The notes under the pieces: model-generated
What the model was told of the DNA's origin: nothing
What the model saw: the letters and a program-made list of their open reading frames with translations, nothing else
Database searches by the model: none
Shown here: piece after piece, positions 45,996 to 59,248 of the stretch
Layout of the letters: each line of letters begins with the position of its first letter
Numbering within the stretch: the stretch's first letter is position 1
DNA from: Azolla caroliniana
Lineage: Eukaryota > Plantae > Polypodiophyta
NCBI GenBank assembly: GCA_043228905.1
Contig: JBHGNT010000001.1
Span: 7,316,001 to 7,380,000, forward strand
Direction of reading: 5' to 3'
DNA: 64,000 nucleotides
Translations under genes and position numbers: made by a program

Positions 45996-47018
45996 GTGAC
46001 AAATCTTCACTTATCATAGGTCGGTTTGGCACTTCATTCTCTCTTAGCATTGTCCACTTTTATCCCCCAACACCTAGCCTACTTACCTCTGTAATGTTTG
46101 CCCTCTTAACATTATTGGTTCCTTGGACACTCGCAACAAGCATCCCTATATTTATTATGTTAAAATTGTTGTTCTTACTTTTGAGTCCAAATAAATGTAA
46201 TCAAATCACTTTGGCATATAGTCGTCAAAAAATTAGAGTATCATATCGTAGTTGAGTACTATGACACATTGGCCAAAGGAAGAAATACTGAGAAACATCC
46301 ACGAGAAAGACTAATTGTTTGCTATTGACTTTACTTTCTTGATATCACTCAATTTTCAGCATGTTGGTGGTGTTTTCGTAAGTAGTATTATGCATGTCTA
46401 ACCAAATACTCACAGAGACACATTACGTCTCCTTGGAGTCCTCCAAGGGATGTTGAGTTGAGGATATCATAATGCTATCTTGGAGCTCAATATCCTAACT
46501 ATTAGGCTAAGCAATAAGGGACACACAACCTCTCTCCACTCAATCTCTCACACATGCATCACATCTTTCTCGGGAGCGGATGATGATGATGATGAGAATA
46601 AATTAATGGAGTATTATATTACAATACTTGAAAATTCTAATGATAAAAGAAATGATGATATCAAGTTGCCTATCGCTCTTTGCATGTCAAATTGCCTATT
46701 GCTCTTTGCATGTCAAGTTGCCTATTGCACTTTGAATATCAAGTTGCCTAACAAACTCATTTACATTCAGTAGTAAATGTGATGCACCAAGGACTACAAG
46801 GAATGAATGGGACCACTATGTCAAAAGTCCTAGGACATTCAAAGGATGAAGGATCTATGATGTCAAGGAATACGTCCCAATACATGTTCTTTTTTAAATA
46901 AGCTTTTGAAGGTTGTAAGTGGGAGACGATACTTACGTGCATATCTCAATTTATGAAATCAAGCACAACTAAAATCTTGGTAGTAGCACAAACACATATT
47001 TTAAATTGTAGTGAAGCA

Positions 47019-47766
47019 TAGCAATCGGCAACGGTTTGAACCAAACCGAACCACTTAATGATTAAAACGGTTTGGTTTGGTTTGAGCCTTTATCGGCATA
47101 ACGGTTTGAAATTGTGGTTACTGAAAGATCTTCCCAAATAATTTCGAAAATTTGGATAGAGTTTGTGCATAATCTTAGAGGGTTGTTGGATAGTATAAAA
47201 GGTAATACGCACCAAGCGGAGCTTACACGTTTGGAGTTTTATGTCATCTGGGACATAGGTATATTTTATAGACGGCTTGTTGATAAGGTGGAGTGGTTTT
47301 ACTCAGCACCAAAGTATTTATTTAAGCCGATGGTTAGAATTTAGAAAAATACAGGGGATCTGTGGTATATCTTGTATGTATAGCCTTATGGCGTTTTCTA
47401 ATACTAATGTAGTATCTTTTTTTGGAAAAAAAAACCGTGGTTCAAATGGTTTGACGATTTAGGATTGAAAATTGAAAATTTTCTTAATTATTTTTTTGAA
47501 ACTCCAAAGCCTAAATTTGATATTTTAAGAAAAAACTTTAAATTTTTAAAATAAAAAAGTGTAAATTTTGAAATTTGACCTAACTTTGAAACCGAAACCG
47601 AACTGCAAAACGATGGTTTTAACGGTTTAACAATTTGGAAATCTCTAAAACCGTTTGGTTTGAGTTTAATTTTTTGTAATGATTCGGTTTAAATGGTTTC
47701 GAGGTTCAATTCGATTTAAGTTTCATACAATACTCTCGAACCGAACCGAACCATGGAAGATGGTTA
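47019..47766. mobile_element. Putative non-autonomous hAT-like element with AAACCG/CGGTTT subterminal repeats
   Basis: Clustered aaccgaacc/ggtttggttt motifs; degenerate terminal inverted repeats (~13/20); flanks gaagcata and gaaacata. Confidence 0.45.
47120..47434 (+). mobile_element. L1 3'-end fragment nested in the hAT-like element
   Basis: IWIEFVHNLRG resembles FWLLFVHTIRG of the L1 at 27.5 kb; A9 tail at 47426-47434. Confidence 0.65.
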
Positions 47767-49862
47767 GAAACATAAAGGCTTCCCATAGCATGTCAAGCAA
47801 CGGATATTTTATATTCTTAAAAGCAAATACACACCCATGTGAGACGGTCCAAAACAACAAATGCAAAATGAAAAGACCAAGCACGAAACATAAAATTATA
47901 CAAATATTTAAATAAACATATGAAAACAAACAAACAAATACCAAAACATACAAAATACATACAAATAAATATAATAAAGTACAAAAATTAAGTGGAGATA
48001 AAAATACATAAGTATGATGGAAAGGATCATTCAAAGGTAAACGAAAACAGAAATAGAAAAGGATAATAGGATACAAGATATCATATATGAGATATGGGAT
48101 ACAGCTAAAGATGTTACATATACAAAGATAATGGTATAGAACAAAATTCAAGTAAGGGAACATAGACAAATGCAAAACACAAAATACAAAGACAAATTGG
48201 TGGGGTGAGGTATGCACATAATACACCTATCCATTATTTTCTTCTTGTGAATGCAATTGGGCAAGAAGGAAAAGGAAAGGGGAGGTGGTTTGCGTGGGGG
48301 GAGGCGAATATGGCGACTATCTTTTTACGAATAACAATCATCATCATTATTATTAATGTTATTATAATTATGTGCATGTGCATACATACATCGATAGAAT
48401 TAACAGATTGAAGACACCAAACTAAAAGAAAATTAGAATACGACGACATCATGGGCGGATCTGATGGAGCCGAAAGTCAATGATTAACCTTCATCCAACA
48501 ATGGTCTGGTCGTCCTCTCCCTCTCTTGAGTCAGTGGGCTTCCACATAAGATGGAACTATTAAGTCATTTCTAGGATTTGTATATAACATTCTCAGCTGT
48601 AAATTTTTATTACTAATAGAAGAAGTTTTATTTTTGGGATAAAAAACAAGAAAAAGAAAAAAGAAAATTGGAATAAGAAAAGAAACCAATATACCTCTAG
48701 AAAAGTATCTTACATTTCGTAATCGATCTATCTGTATTATGTAGAATTGTAGGGCCCCAAATCCCAATGCTAATTCCATTCCTACGTATGTCGAGTTGTA
48801 TTTATTTTAGTTGCGGAGCACTTTGCATGGGAAACCTAACCGAAGGGGGGGGGGGGGAGGGTTTAATAAATTTAATAGAGACGGGCATTACCCGGATCAT
48901 TACATATTTATGTGTGTTTAATCAAAGTCAATGCTCCTTTACCTGTCTTTCCAACTTATGTATTATTCTCATGGTGGGGGGTGCGCAAGCACACACACAC
49001 ACACACACAGATACTATATACATAATGTACATATATTTATGCATGCATGATATATGTAATATGTAATGTAATTATGAATGTATGTAACGTGTGTGAGTTA
49101 GTGGCAATTGGGATACAGTCAAGTCATTGGGTGTTCTCAAGATTAGTCTTCAGTATACATATATCGGGAGGTATGTATGTATCAGGATGTATGTGTGTAT
49201 GTATGTATGTATTGTATGTGTGTATCAGGATGTATGTATGTATGTATGTATGAGGATGGCTTGCATAGTCAATGGCTTCGCGCCTATAAATACTTACTTA
49301 CTTACATGCAATACATACATAAATAGATAGACAGACAAATCCATCGTGTGTGTGTGTGTGTGTGTGTGTGCAGTGTGAGCGCGCGCTGGTATTTGTATTA
49401 CAACGAGAACGCAGAACGCAAAACGCAAATAAAGAAGCGGTAGCACCAAGAAGAAGGACTACTTTGGTGGACATGCTTATGTCGTGCCTGTTCTTCTTCT
49501 GATTTCCTGCTGTGTTTCTTTTTGAAACGCAGAAGAGAAGAAGAGAAAAAACGCCAGGAAGCGGAAGAGAAGAGGTAAGAAGAAGAAGAAGAAGAAGAAG
49601 GAACGGAGGAGAGAGAGAGAGAGAGAGAGGCCTAGAAGAACGCAGGGAAGGAAGGAAGGTAGGCAAACTCTATAAGGCTGGAAGTGAAGGAAGAGACGAG
49701 AAGGAAGGACTCTCCATCTGCAAATATATATCCCATCAATCATCCATTGTAATATATTATAGTCCATGTTTATATGTATGTAGCCTCATTTCGAGCTAAA
49801 GTCTGCTCTCATAACCTTCTTTCCTCCATCGTCGATCCGGCAGAACTTATCAATCAAAGGAA

Positions 49863-52800
49863 ATGATGGAGAAATCTCTCCAGGTAACCACCAATCTTAT
49901 TGTTCTTCTTCTTTCCTCTTGTTTCACTAACACCAGGAAACATCGTAATCTTCTTCTTCTTTGCCATTATCATTCTCATTATCATCACCTGAATCTTCTT
50001 CTTCTTCACCGTTATCATGATTATCGTCACCGTATTCATGGTGGTTATCATGGTCATCTTTTCATTAGCCACGATCTCATCATCTTTAAGATTATCACTA
50101 TCGTCAGTCACCGACCCTACCATCACTTTCACCATTGCCATCTTCTTCTTCTTCTTTACTGACTTTATTCCATGCTTTCATCTCATACTCTTAGAAAGTT
50201 ACCTGCACCATTTCCTCTCTTTTCAGTCTACTTCATCCCGTTTCTCTCATTTCGTCAATACCGCAGCTAGTAAACACCTGCACCATTGCACAGGCTTTTC
50301 ATGTGCGATTTTCTTCTTCTTCACCCGTCTTCTTCATTATGTATTTCTTTTCTCATTTCACTGCGTTACTGCCTCATTCTGAAAGCATAATTCCGTTTTC
50401 TTTTTCTTCTCCATCATTTTATCAATACTAGACCGCCGTCTTGCGCAGTTTGACTTATTTCGCCAACTTCATTAGTTTCAGCAATTATGCGCTCTTCCTC
50501 TCGCACTGTTCGTTACATCATCCTTTTCTTCGAATTTCCTGTGAAAATATCTATTTTCCAATATAGAATAACGGTGGATGCAGCTAACTACATAGTTCCT
50601 TACTAAAACGTCTCCCTTGATTGCATATACTAATTTCGTATCAAAATGATTGTTTTTCAAAATACTGTTGTGGAGTGGGATATAATCGCATAGTCTTCTA
50701 TCAAAATGTCTCCCTTGATCGCACTCCCTAATCAAAATATCTGTCCTCCAAAACATAGCTGCATGAAACGATGTTTCCTGGATTTATATAGTAAATTAAA
50801 TGCTCTGTGAAGGTTCTAATTGATGAATGCGAATAGTTAATCCCATATCCTCCGTTATGTTTATCTCTGTTGAAATATTTTAATTTAACAAAGTAAGGTA
50901 AATGCCTGTTTCCAAAAACATCGTTCTTGAGATTTCAATGTAATAATATTCTCACAAACAAGATCTGTCCCAAAATTGCAAAAACGATTGTAAGTTGTTC
51001 ATTGTTTGCTATAAATATATTGCCTACATATTATATAGGTAAACTCATCTATCCAAGCAGGTGTATGTGTTTTGGAAAATTAGTAATGGGAATAAACTAT
51101 TAAGTATCTTTGACAGCTCTGACCAGTATATTATATATATGTATGTATGTATGTATATATATATATATGTATATATACGTATATACACGGATATGCTTAG
51201 ATGAGTTGGAAAGGTATTGTCGATGTATCTGAATTGGGGTTAAAATACGTATAGCTGACAACAAAGGTTTTCTGTGTGTGTGTGTGTGTGTCCAATTGAA
51301 TAGGCCTCATAAAGTTACTAAGTTTAGTGGAATATCTGACAAATTTACATATATAGATCAGTAAGGTTCAAATTAAATGGTAAGTCATGCAGGCAAATGT
51401 GTATGTGCTCAAATATGCTTCAAAACCATAAGTTAGGTACGGAAGGTTGATTTGTTACCATATGGTTAATCCTATTGTAGTTTAGGAAGGCCTCAAAGTT
51501 TGTGTCAACAACCATATGATTTAACTTTTTGCTTAAATGATCTAGAAAAGTAACTTGGCTAATCTTTCATGAAGCGACAGCAAATTAACTTGCACTATAT
51601 TTGGCAACCCTCATGCCGTGAGGAAGGTTTAGGAACGTAAATACTGGTGACATATGTCATTTCTTGGTTGCCATTGCAACACAATTTTCGAGGTCATCGT
51701 AGGTAGTTAGAATGGGGAGGCAAGGTAGATAGAAGATATCATCTATGTGAGCCTTTGCATGAACCCCACTGCTCGTTTCCTTTCTAGGTCCCACTTTGAA
51801 TGTATATTTTCTCGTACGTTCTATAAGCTATTTGAGCAAGACATGATTCTATATATAAATGTGTTTCTGCAGGATCACGGATTAGCATTCAGGCACAAAG
51901 AAGCTAATCATTTACTTATCCGTCAAGGTAACAAGTTTTCATATGTCCTCGTTCCATCACTGTCATCCAATTCAGAGAAGGAACTTGAGCTCTGCTTCAC
52001 TGACCATAGTAGCACCAAATGGAATCCTACGAATGAGCAGTGTTGTCTTAGGGAGGTGGATCACGTTCATGCTCATGTTCACAATGGGGACTTGGTAGAA
52101 GACATTCTTTTGGAAGAGGTAACAACATTACGCGCCACAGTTCAAAGTGTATTATTATTACAGATGAATTAGTTTTGTTCACTTTCATGATCATGTTCAC
52201 TATTCTTTTGGACTATTTTGCAATAAATAGCACATAAAATATTATTATTGAGCGTGTCATAGAAGAATTAGCTTTATTCTTTAATATTAGAGCCACTTTT
52301 TGAAAGGCAGCACTATCGTTTCCAACTTTTAGCCTCGTTGGAAGAAAAGAAAAAATGTCAACGTGTGTATGGTTTCAAAAGTCTAACATTAAGAAGGGTT
52401 TTGCTAACGAACACTGATATTGAAAACCTTTCTTAAGAAATCAATTCACAACAGTGAGATGCTGTAAAACACAAGCTTTACCGCACACCATGTTTACATA
52501 TTTGAATGAGAGATAGTTTGTGGGACATGTAAAGTCTCTTATACAGCACGCAATTTTCTTATTTGTCTCATTAACTGGTTTCTCTTCCATCTTCTTTTGA
52601 TGATGTAGTGTATGGATGGATCAGGATGTTCTCTTCCTTTCCCATTCGATTTCTCAAGTTCTTGCATGAAAGCTCTATCAGATGGCATTGATAAACATCA
52701 TGAACACAGAGAGGATGGTCATCATGTGCATGGGGAAGGGTGTGATCACGAGCAAATTCTCCATAGAGATCATTTAGATTGTTTAATGCCCATGAGTGAT

Positions 52801-55800
52801 GGTTCCTTTATGTTGAGCCATGGACATTTAAGTGATGGTGAATCTCATGAGCACGGACGCCTTGTAAAAGTTGGAGAATCACAAGGAAGATCAGGAAAAT
52901 GTTCAAAACGTTTCTTTGATTTGTTTCAATACCAGTGTCCCCACAATAACAGTACTAATATAGATGGTTTAATACATAGGACCTCTGCAGCTGCCTTTGT
53001 GAAGTGCTTACATTGTAGTTCTGATCCTGAAATTGTAGAGTTGTCTGATGTAGTAAAACCTCTATTAGAAGAAGAACAAATTATGATACCCATAGATCAT
53101 AGGGTTGAACCAATAAAATTGACAAAAACCGTCATAGATGTGCTAGGGATTTGTTGTCCCGCAGAAGCTCCTCTAGTAAAGAAGCTTCTTGAACCTGTAC
53201 CTGGAGTTCAAGAAGTCTCTGTGAATGTTGCAACAAAGACAGTGACAGTGCATCATGACACAATAACAGTGCCACCTTTGAGACTAGGTATCAGTTCTCT
53301 TAACTTTTTTGCTTAAAATTGCTATAATTGATTATAATATGCTAAAACACTAAGTTACCCCTCACATTTTGGCAATTTATCAGACTACCTCTTAAGTTTA
53401 AAAAAACTACCAGAATATCCCTCGGATGTAGTATTTCTGTACTAGAGGGGAGTATTCTGTTTATTTTAAGTACTTAGAGGTGCTCTGGTAAATACCCAAA
53501 ATTTTAGGAATATTGTGGTGTTTCTCATGTTTAGTCTGGATCTGATTGATTTATTAATAACATTGTTTTTTCTATGAAAACCAGTGAAAATATTGAATAG
53601 TGCGCAGCTAGAAGCCAGCATTCATGTGTCTGGAGAGTGGAAGGCTGGGCACAAATGGCCATCACCGTATACTATTGCTTCTGGACTATTATTAGCTATA
53701 GCACTTTTCTCCTATATATATCATCCACTGAAATGGTTGGCCGTAGGAGCCATAGCAATCGGCATACCACCTATACTAGTGAAGTGTTTCGTATCTTTGC
53801 GACGATGTATACTAGATATAAACATTCTGATGATCATAGCAGGCAAGCAATGTTTCTCCTATGTTAGTAAGATATTACACCTTAAATATCTCATTATTGA
53901 AGACTCATATAGTAATGATTTTTCGATGAACCCAGTGATTGGTGCCGTTGCTCTTGGAGATTACCTAGAAGCGGGTGCGATTGTGTTTCTTTTTACATTT
54001 GCAGAATGGCTAGAATCAAGGTCTAGTGATAAGGTATGCACCATATTCGGTTGGATCATTGACAATACAGACACATGAAGTTTTAGACAATTGCTAGAAT
54101 TAAGATTTAGGGATAGGGCATGCATATACTCTGTTGTCTCATTAACCGTTTTCTTACATAGGGAAGGGACCACATTCCCGCATAAATAAAGGGTCTAATG
54201 TTCAACATTAAGACCTTTTTCAAATAAGACACCATACTGATGTCATATCCATCATTGAACATGAATTGATCACAGGCCCGGCTAGCAATATCTTCGGTGG
54301 CAAGCTTGGCTCCTCAGGATGCAGTTCTTGCTGACAGTGGGCTAAGGGTTCCCGTAGCAGAGGTCAAAGTTGGGACAAGGATTTGCGTCAAAGCAGGAGA
54401 ATCAATACCGATTGATGGTATCATTGCCTCAGGGAGCAGTGCAGTTGATGAGAGCAGTTTAACTGGTGAATCATTTCCCATAGAGAAAGAGATTGGAGAA
54501 CGAGTTTGGGCAGGCACAATCAATATCACAGGTACATAATGTTTGCAATAATCTGGTATTCCTGACGATTTCTGAAATTATATCAATCCTGGACTTATTT
54601 TGAAAATACCATGAATATGATATACCTCACTTTCTGTGTGCGTATGTTTGAGACAATTTATTGCCTTCCACGTTGATCTGACATTAAACAGTTTTCACAA
54701 AATGACTGCTGTTTTGTTTTGTAGTTTTGAGATTATTGTGCTGCTTTTCAGGATTCATATGCATTGAAACATCGGCTTTGGCTGAAGACTCTGCGGTAGC
54801 AAGGATGATAAGACTAGTGGAAGATGCTCAAACTCAAAGATCTCACATGGAGCAGCTAGTAGAGAAGTGTGCCAAAATTTACACCCCAGGTAAATATGTC
54901 CGTGTGCAAGGATTTGAATGTATCACCTAGTTTTATTATCTCTCTATCAAAACATGATTGCACCGTTTAATTTCTGGTGTTAAGCGTCTAAGAGCCTAAT
55001 AGGATATATTTTTCCCATTTCTTATTACTTCTCTGCATTTGTGCAGCTGTAGTGATTGTTGCTGTAGCTGTTGCAGTTATTCCAGTGATTGCCCATGCAC
55101 ATAACGTAAGTCATTGGTTGTATTTGGCACTTGTTCTTCTGGTGGTTGCTTGTCCTTGTGCTTTGGTAATCTCTACACCTATTGCAACCACATGTGCGAT
55201 TGCACAAGCGGCCCGGGCAGGGCTTATTATTAAGGGCGGAAAACATTTGGAGGCTCTTGGCAAAATCAAAGTCCTCGCGATGGACAAGACTGGCACTCTA
55301 ACCGAAGGCATTTTCCAAGTGGTGGAAATGCAACCATTGACAGAAAAAGTGGATACACAGACACTCTTGCACTGGTAAATATTAGCTATCCAATATGAAG
55401 GTATTTGGAAGCTTCCCAATATCGAGCTAATATTAGGTTCTACATGCTTCCTAGGGTTTCATCTATCGAAAGCAAATCAAGCCATCCCATGGCCTCTGCT
55501 ATAGTAGACTACGCAAGGCTGCATGGAGCTGAACCAAATGGTGATGTCATTGATTTTACAATACTAGTAGGAGAGGGTGTGGGTGGTAAAGTGGATGGCC
55601 ATGAAATTTGCATTGGGAACGAGCGTTTGGCTGACAGACTACGATGGACGGAAGGTTGTTAAATATATCTGCCTCATGTGTTCTCATAAGTCACCCACTG
55701 TCATAAAATAATACCGAATATGATACTTTCTCTCTTTCTTTTTTGGGTTTTTGTATAGCTGAGATTGGCAATTCTTCTCTTCTGGATAGCTGGAGAATCC

Positions 55801-57730
55801 AGGGTCTGACAATCTCCTGGGTTAGTGTCGATGGTGTACCTCATCTAATCCTCGGTGCAGGGGACCAGCTTCGAATAGAAGCAGTTGAAGCGTTAAAAAG
55901 CATCAGGGTATGACTCTTGGCCATTCTGTAAAGTGTTAATTTGGATGAGGAATCAAGGGTAAACGTTGTGGACGATTTGAATCCTTCTAGCTTTTTAGGT
56001 TTGTTGGTACTGCAGTTTATGTAGGGCTTTGCTTGAAGTTTAAAGGAATGTCTTGAAGAGAAAAGTGAGAAGCAATCATACCGTCGTAGTGTACCTAATA
56101 TGAAATCATTTGTATATATAAAACAGAATCTAGGCATCCGGATAGCAATGCTTACTGGAGACAGCGAGGCTGCAGCTAGTGTTGTACATGGGAAGGTAAA
56201 TCTAAAAACGTTGAAGTTTACAGATGATGAATATAACCGTCTCTTCCCTTTGTATGATAAATGTGATGTACTAAAACATTTCAGCTCGGAGAAATTGATG
56301 TACATGCACGGTGTCTTCCCGAACAAAAAGTCAAAGTGATTCAAGAATTGAAAGCAATAGGTAGGACAGGTATGGTAGGTGATGGTATAAATGACGCACC
56401 AGCATTAGCTGCTGCCGATGTGGGTATTGCCATGGGTGTTGCTGGGACTGCAATCGCTATGGAAACAGCAGATATTGCATTGATGACAAATGATCTAAGA
56501 AAGCTCAGTATTGCTGTTAAGCTTGCTAGAAAAGCTCGAGGCAAGATCCAACAAAACATCATATTATCGATTACTACCAAGATCATAGTTTTGGTTCTTT
56601 CGCTGGTAGGATATGCATATCTTTGGGTGGCAGTTCTTGCTGATGTAGGTACTTGTTTAGTAGTGATCTTCAATAGTATATTATTATTGGAAATGAAGAG
56701 AGATGGATCTCTGATCGGTCATAAGCATCACAATAAGGAATGCCACACTAATAATTGCTGCTCAAAAAATGTAAATACTTCGGCTCACAATGGGGAAGGG
56801 ATAGCATGCATGAGCAGTGAAAGAAGCCACACAGACGCCAATCAAATAGATTTGGAAGCCAATTACTGCTTTGAGAAATCATGTTGTGAGAGTATACACA
56901 GTGGAGTCAGGAGGAGGGTTGGCTCCCGGGATGGTTTGTCATGTGACAAGAATTGTCATGAAGTAGCAGGAGGCTCTCCATTCGAACATGACTCCTGTTG
57001 CAGAAAGACAGGTGAGACTGAAAAATGTACGAAAATCCAACCTAAATGTTGTCAGAAGAAAGCCACGAAAAAACAATGTAGTAGTAAAAAACATAAGAAC
57101 CATAATCATCATGATCACAACCATGAAGAAATATGTCATCAGTTGAATGGGACTGCAAACACTAGTTCTAATCATGCTGCTTCTGCTGAATGCTGTGATA
57201 TCACGTCATTGAAGGATCAAACGCACTACAAGGATGCAGATTTCCTTATTCATGATAATAGTGAATCAGCTTTGGTTTTCCATGACCATGGATGCGTATC
57301 CAATGGGAAGGATAAGTCTGGCGGAAAAGCTTGTTGTAGAAGCTCAATCCATGGATCAGTTGATCGATACGATCACAAGGAAAACTTCAACCCATCGACG
57401 AAAAACTGGGATTCCAATGCTCATAATGTGTCAACAACGTGCGGCTTTATATCTTCTGGGGATGAAGCGTCATGTGGATTGATAAATCTGCAAGCAAGCT
57501 GTGTCAGAAATAATGAATTAAGTGAGACATCATTACAAGGGAGGTGTAGAGGAAGTGATGATGAGGAAAGAGGATATGGGTGCAGTCACATTCAATTAGG
57601 TGAGGCAAATGGGTGCGGAAGCCATGGTAATGAAGGAGTTCAAGCAAATATTTTGAAGGATTCTTGCCCAGCCACCATCTCTACACAACACACCAAAGGA
57701 TGTGAAAATGGGGGATGCTGTGATCACTAG
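49863..57730 (+). CDS. HMA2: P1B-2 Zn/Cd-transporting ATPase (HMA2/3/4-like), ~1295 aa, 12 exons (49863-49883, 51873-52118, 52609-53287, 53585-53842, 53936-54033, 54276-54531, 54752-54889, 55047-55374, 55455-55654, 55759-55907, 56127-56195, 56285-57730)
   Basis: CCPAE metal-binding domain, TGES, CPC, DKTGT, HP, TGD, GDGINDAP, TM7 Lys, TM8 LADVG and a Cys-Cys/His tail. Exon phases are consistent (3888 nt). Exons 1-2 rest on splice signals and phase only. Confidence 0.9.
53345..53523. mobile_element. Foldback / Mutator-like MITE in HMA intron 3
   Basis: Two ~80-bp arms are imperfect reverse complements (aaacactaag...cagaatatccctc versus gaggggagtattctg...gtggtgttt); no clear TSD. Confidence 0.6.
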
Positions 57731-58898
57731 GCCTAGGCCCATGTGTTTGTGTATATGTAGTGTGTTCATGCCCAGAACAACCATTTGAATATATTGGATA
57801 TGGAAGGCCACCCAAGAGAGACAAAATAAAACTTATGTATTGCAATGGTTTATAAGGATGGTAAAAAGAGAAAACAAACATTAAATTCTTGATTCACTAT
57901 TTGATAATTAGGCACTAAAAAAGCTCGTTGAGAAAGGTTATTGCTAGACAAAATTCTAAACACATTGCCTACTCAACAATGCTAAACTAAATTCTCTTCG
58001 ACAATCTGTAAAAACATTCAAATCAAATCAAAATTACAACGGTATTTGATCATTTATAAATTTCACATCAAACTATTGGAAGTCTGTACTTCAAATGTAT
58101 TATACGTTACACCAGCATTTCAAACAACATGAGGAAATGTTTCATTGAAGCAAATACCATCTGGTTTTTAGCATATCCCTATTTTTTAGCTCTTGCATAC
58201 ACCTTTGTTCCCTATGGCTTTTCTTCCTTGTGATAGTGGAACAATATCTCATGTCGTATTTTTATGGAGAGCTTTAATTTCTCCATGCATTGTTGCCATC
58301 AAAAGAAAGCCCTTTCTCTTTGTAGCTTCATGGAAAGTTGGTGGTTATCCATCAATTTTTTGGATAGTGCAAAATATTTTCCCTTATGTAAAAGTGACTA
58401 TCAAGTTTCTTCTCTCGCGTCCCTAGTTACCTCATGAACTTCTTTGTGGAGTTTTATTCAAAACAATCATGAACTTCTTCGTGCTCTTGAACCTGTGTTA
58501 TTCAACATTCTCTGTATTATTACCTCAAAACAATCTTGAACTTCTTATTCTTGAGTTATATCTTCCACCTAAATCACATTGTCCTTTGATTTAGTTTATG
58601 AGGTATTATCATCTTCATTTTCTTGAACCTTGTAGCCTAAACCTTAAAACCATGCATAGAAGAGCTTGGTGATCTCTACAACTTGTTAATCTAAATATTG
58701 ATCAACAAAATTAATATTTCTTTGTTATGTTACTACTACCAAAAGAAAATAGAACTAATAATGATTACAAAGTCACTCTTTCAATTCTCCCATGTTCTTT
58801 TATAGCTAAAATGAAGTTAACACCTTAATTATTGTTTTCATATTAGATAGATGGACATTTTTTAGTGTTTATAGAGAGGCCAATAATAACCCATAGGA

Positions 58899-59248
58899 CC
58901 TAATTTCATAGATTTTCCTAAGAAAGTGTATATATATGAATGATGCATACAAATATGGGCTCAAGCTTCTGGTTGTCTCTTAGGTATTTCATTGAAGTTA
59001 TCACCGCTCTTATTATGTCATAGATTTTCTTGATGTGCGTCTCATTCATAAGAAATTATATTCATTCCCTGAAGTATTCCTAATTTCATAGATTCTCTTG
59101 ATGTGTGTCTCCTTCCTAAGAAATGGTATTCATTCTTCGAATTATACAAAGTGTATATGTATGAATGAGGCATACAAATGTGAGCTCAAGATTCTAGCTT
59201 GTCTCTTAAGTATGGGACTCGAGTTATCACCCCTCTTATTATGTCATC
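58899..59248. repeat. Diverged ~180-200-bp tandem duplication
   Basis: cctaatttcatagatt and gttatcacc(g/c)ctcttattatgtcat each occur twice, in the same order. Confidence 0.75.

Noticed and set aside
49884-50382. His-rich 99-aa ORF at the HMA start as a metal-binding peptide
   Set aside because: Comes from (CAT/CTT)n low-complexity sequence after a good CAG|GTAAC donor; best read as intron 1
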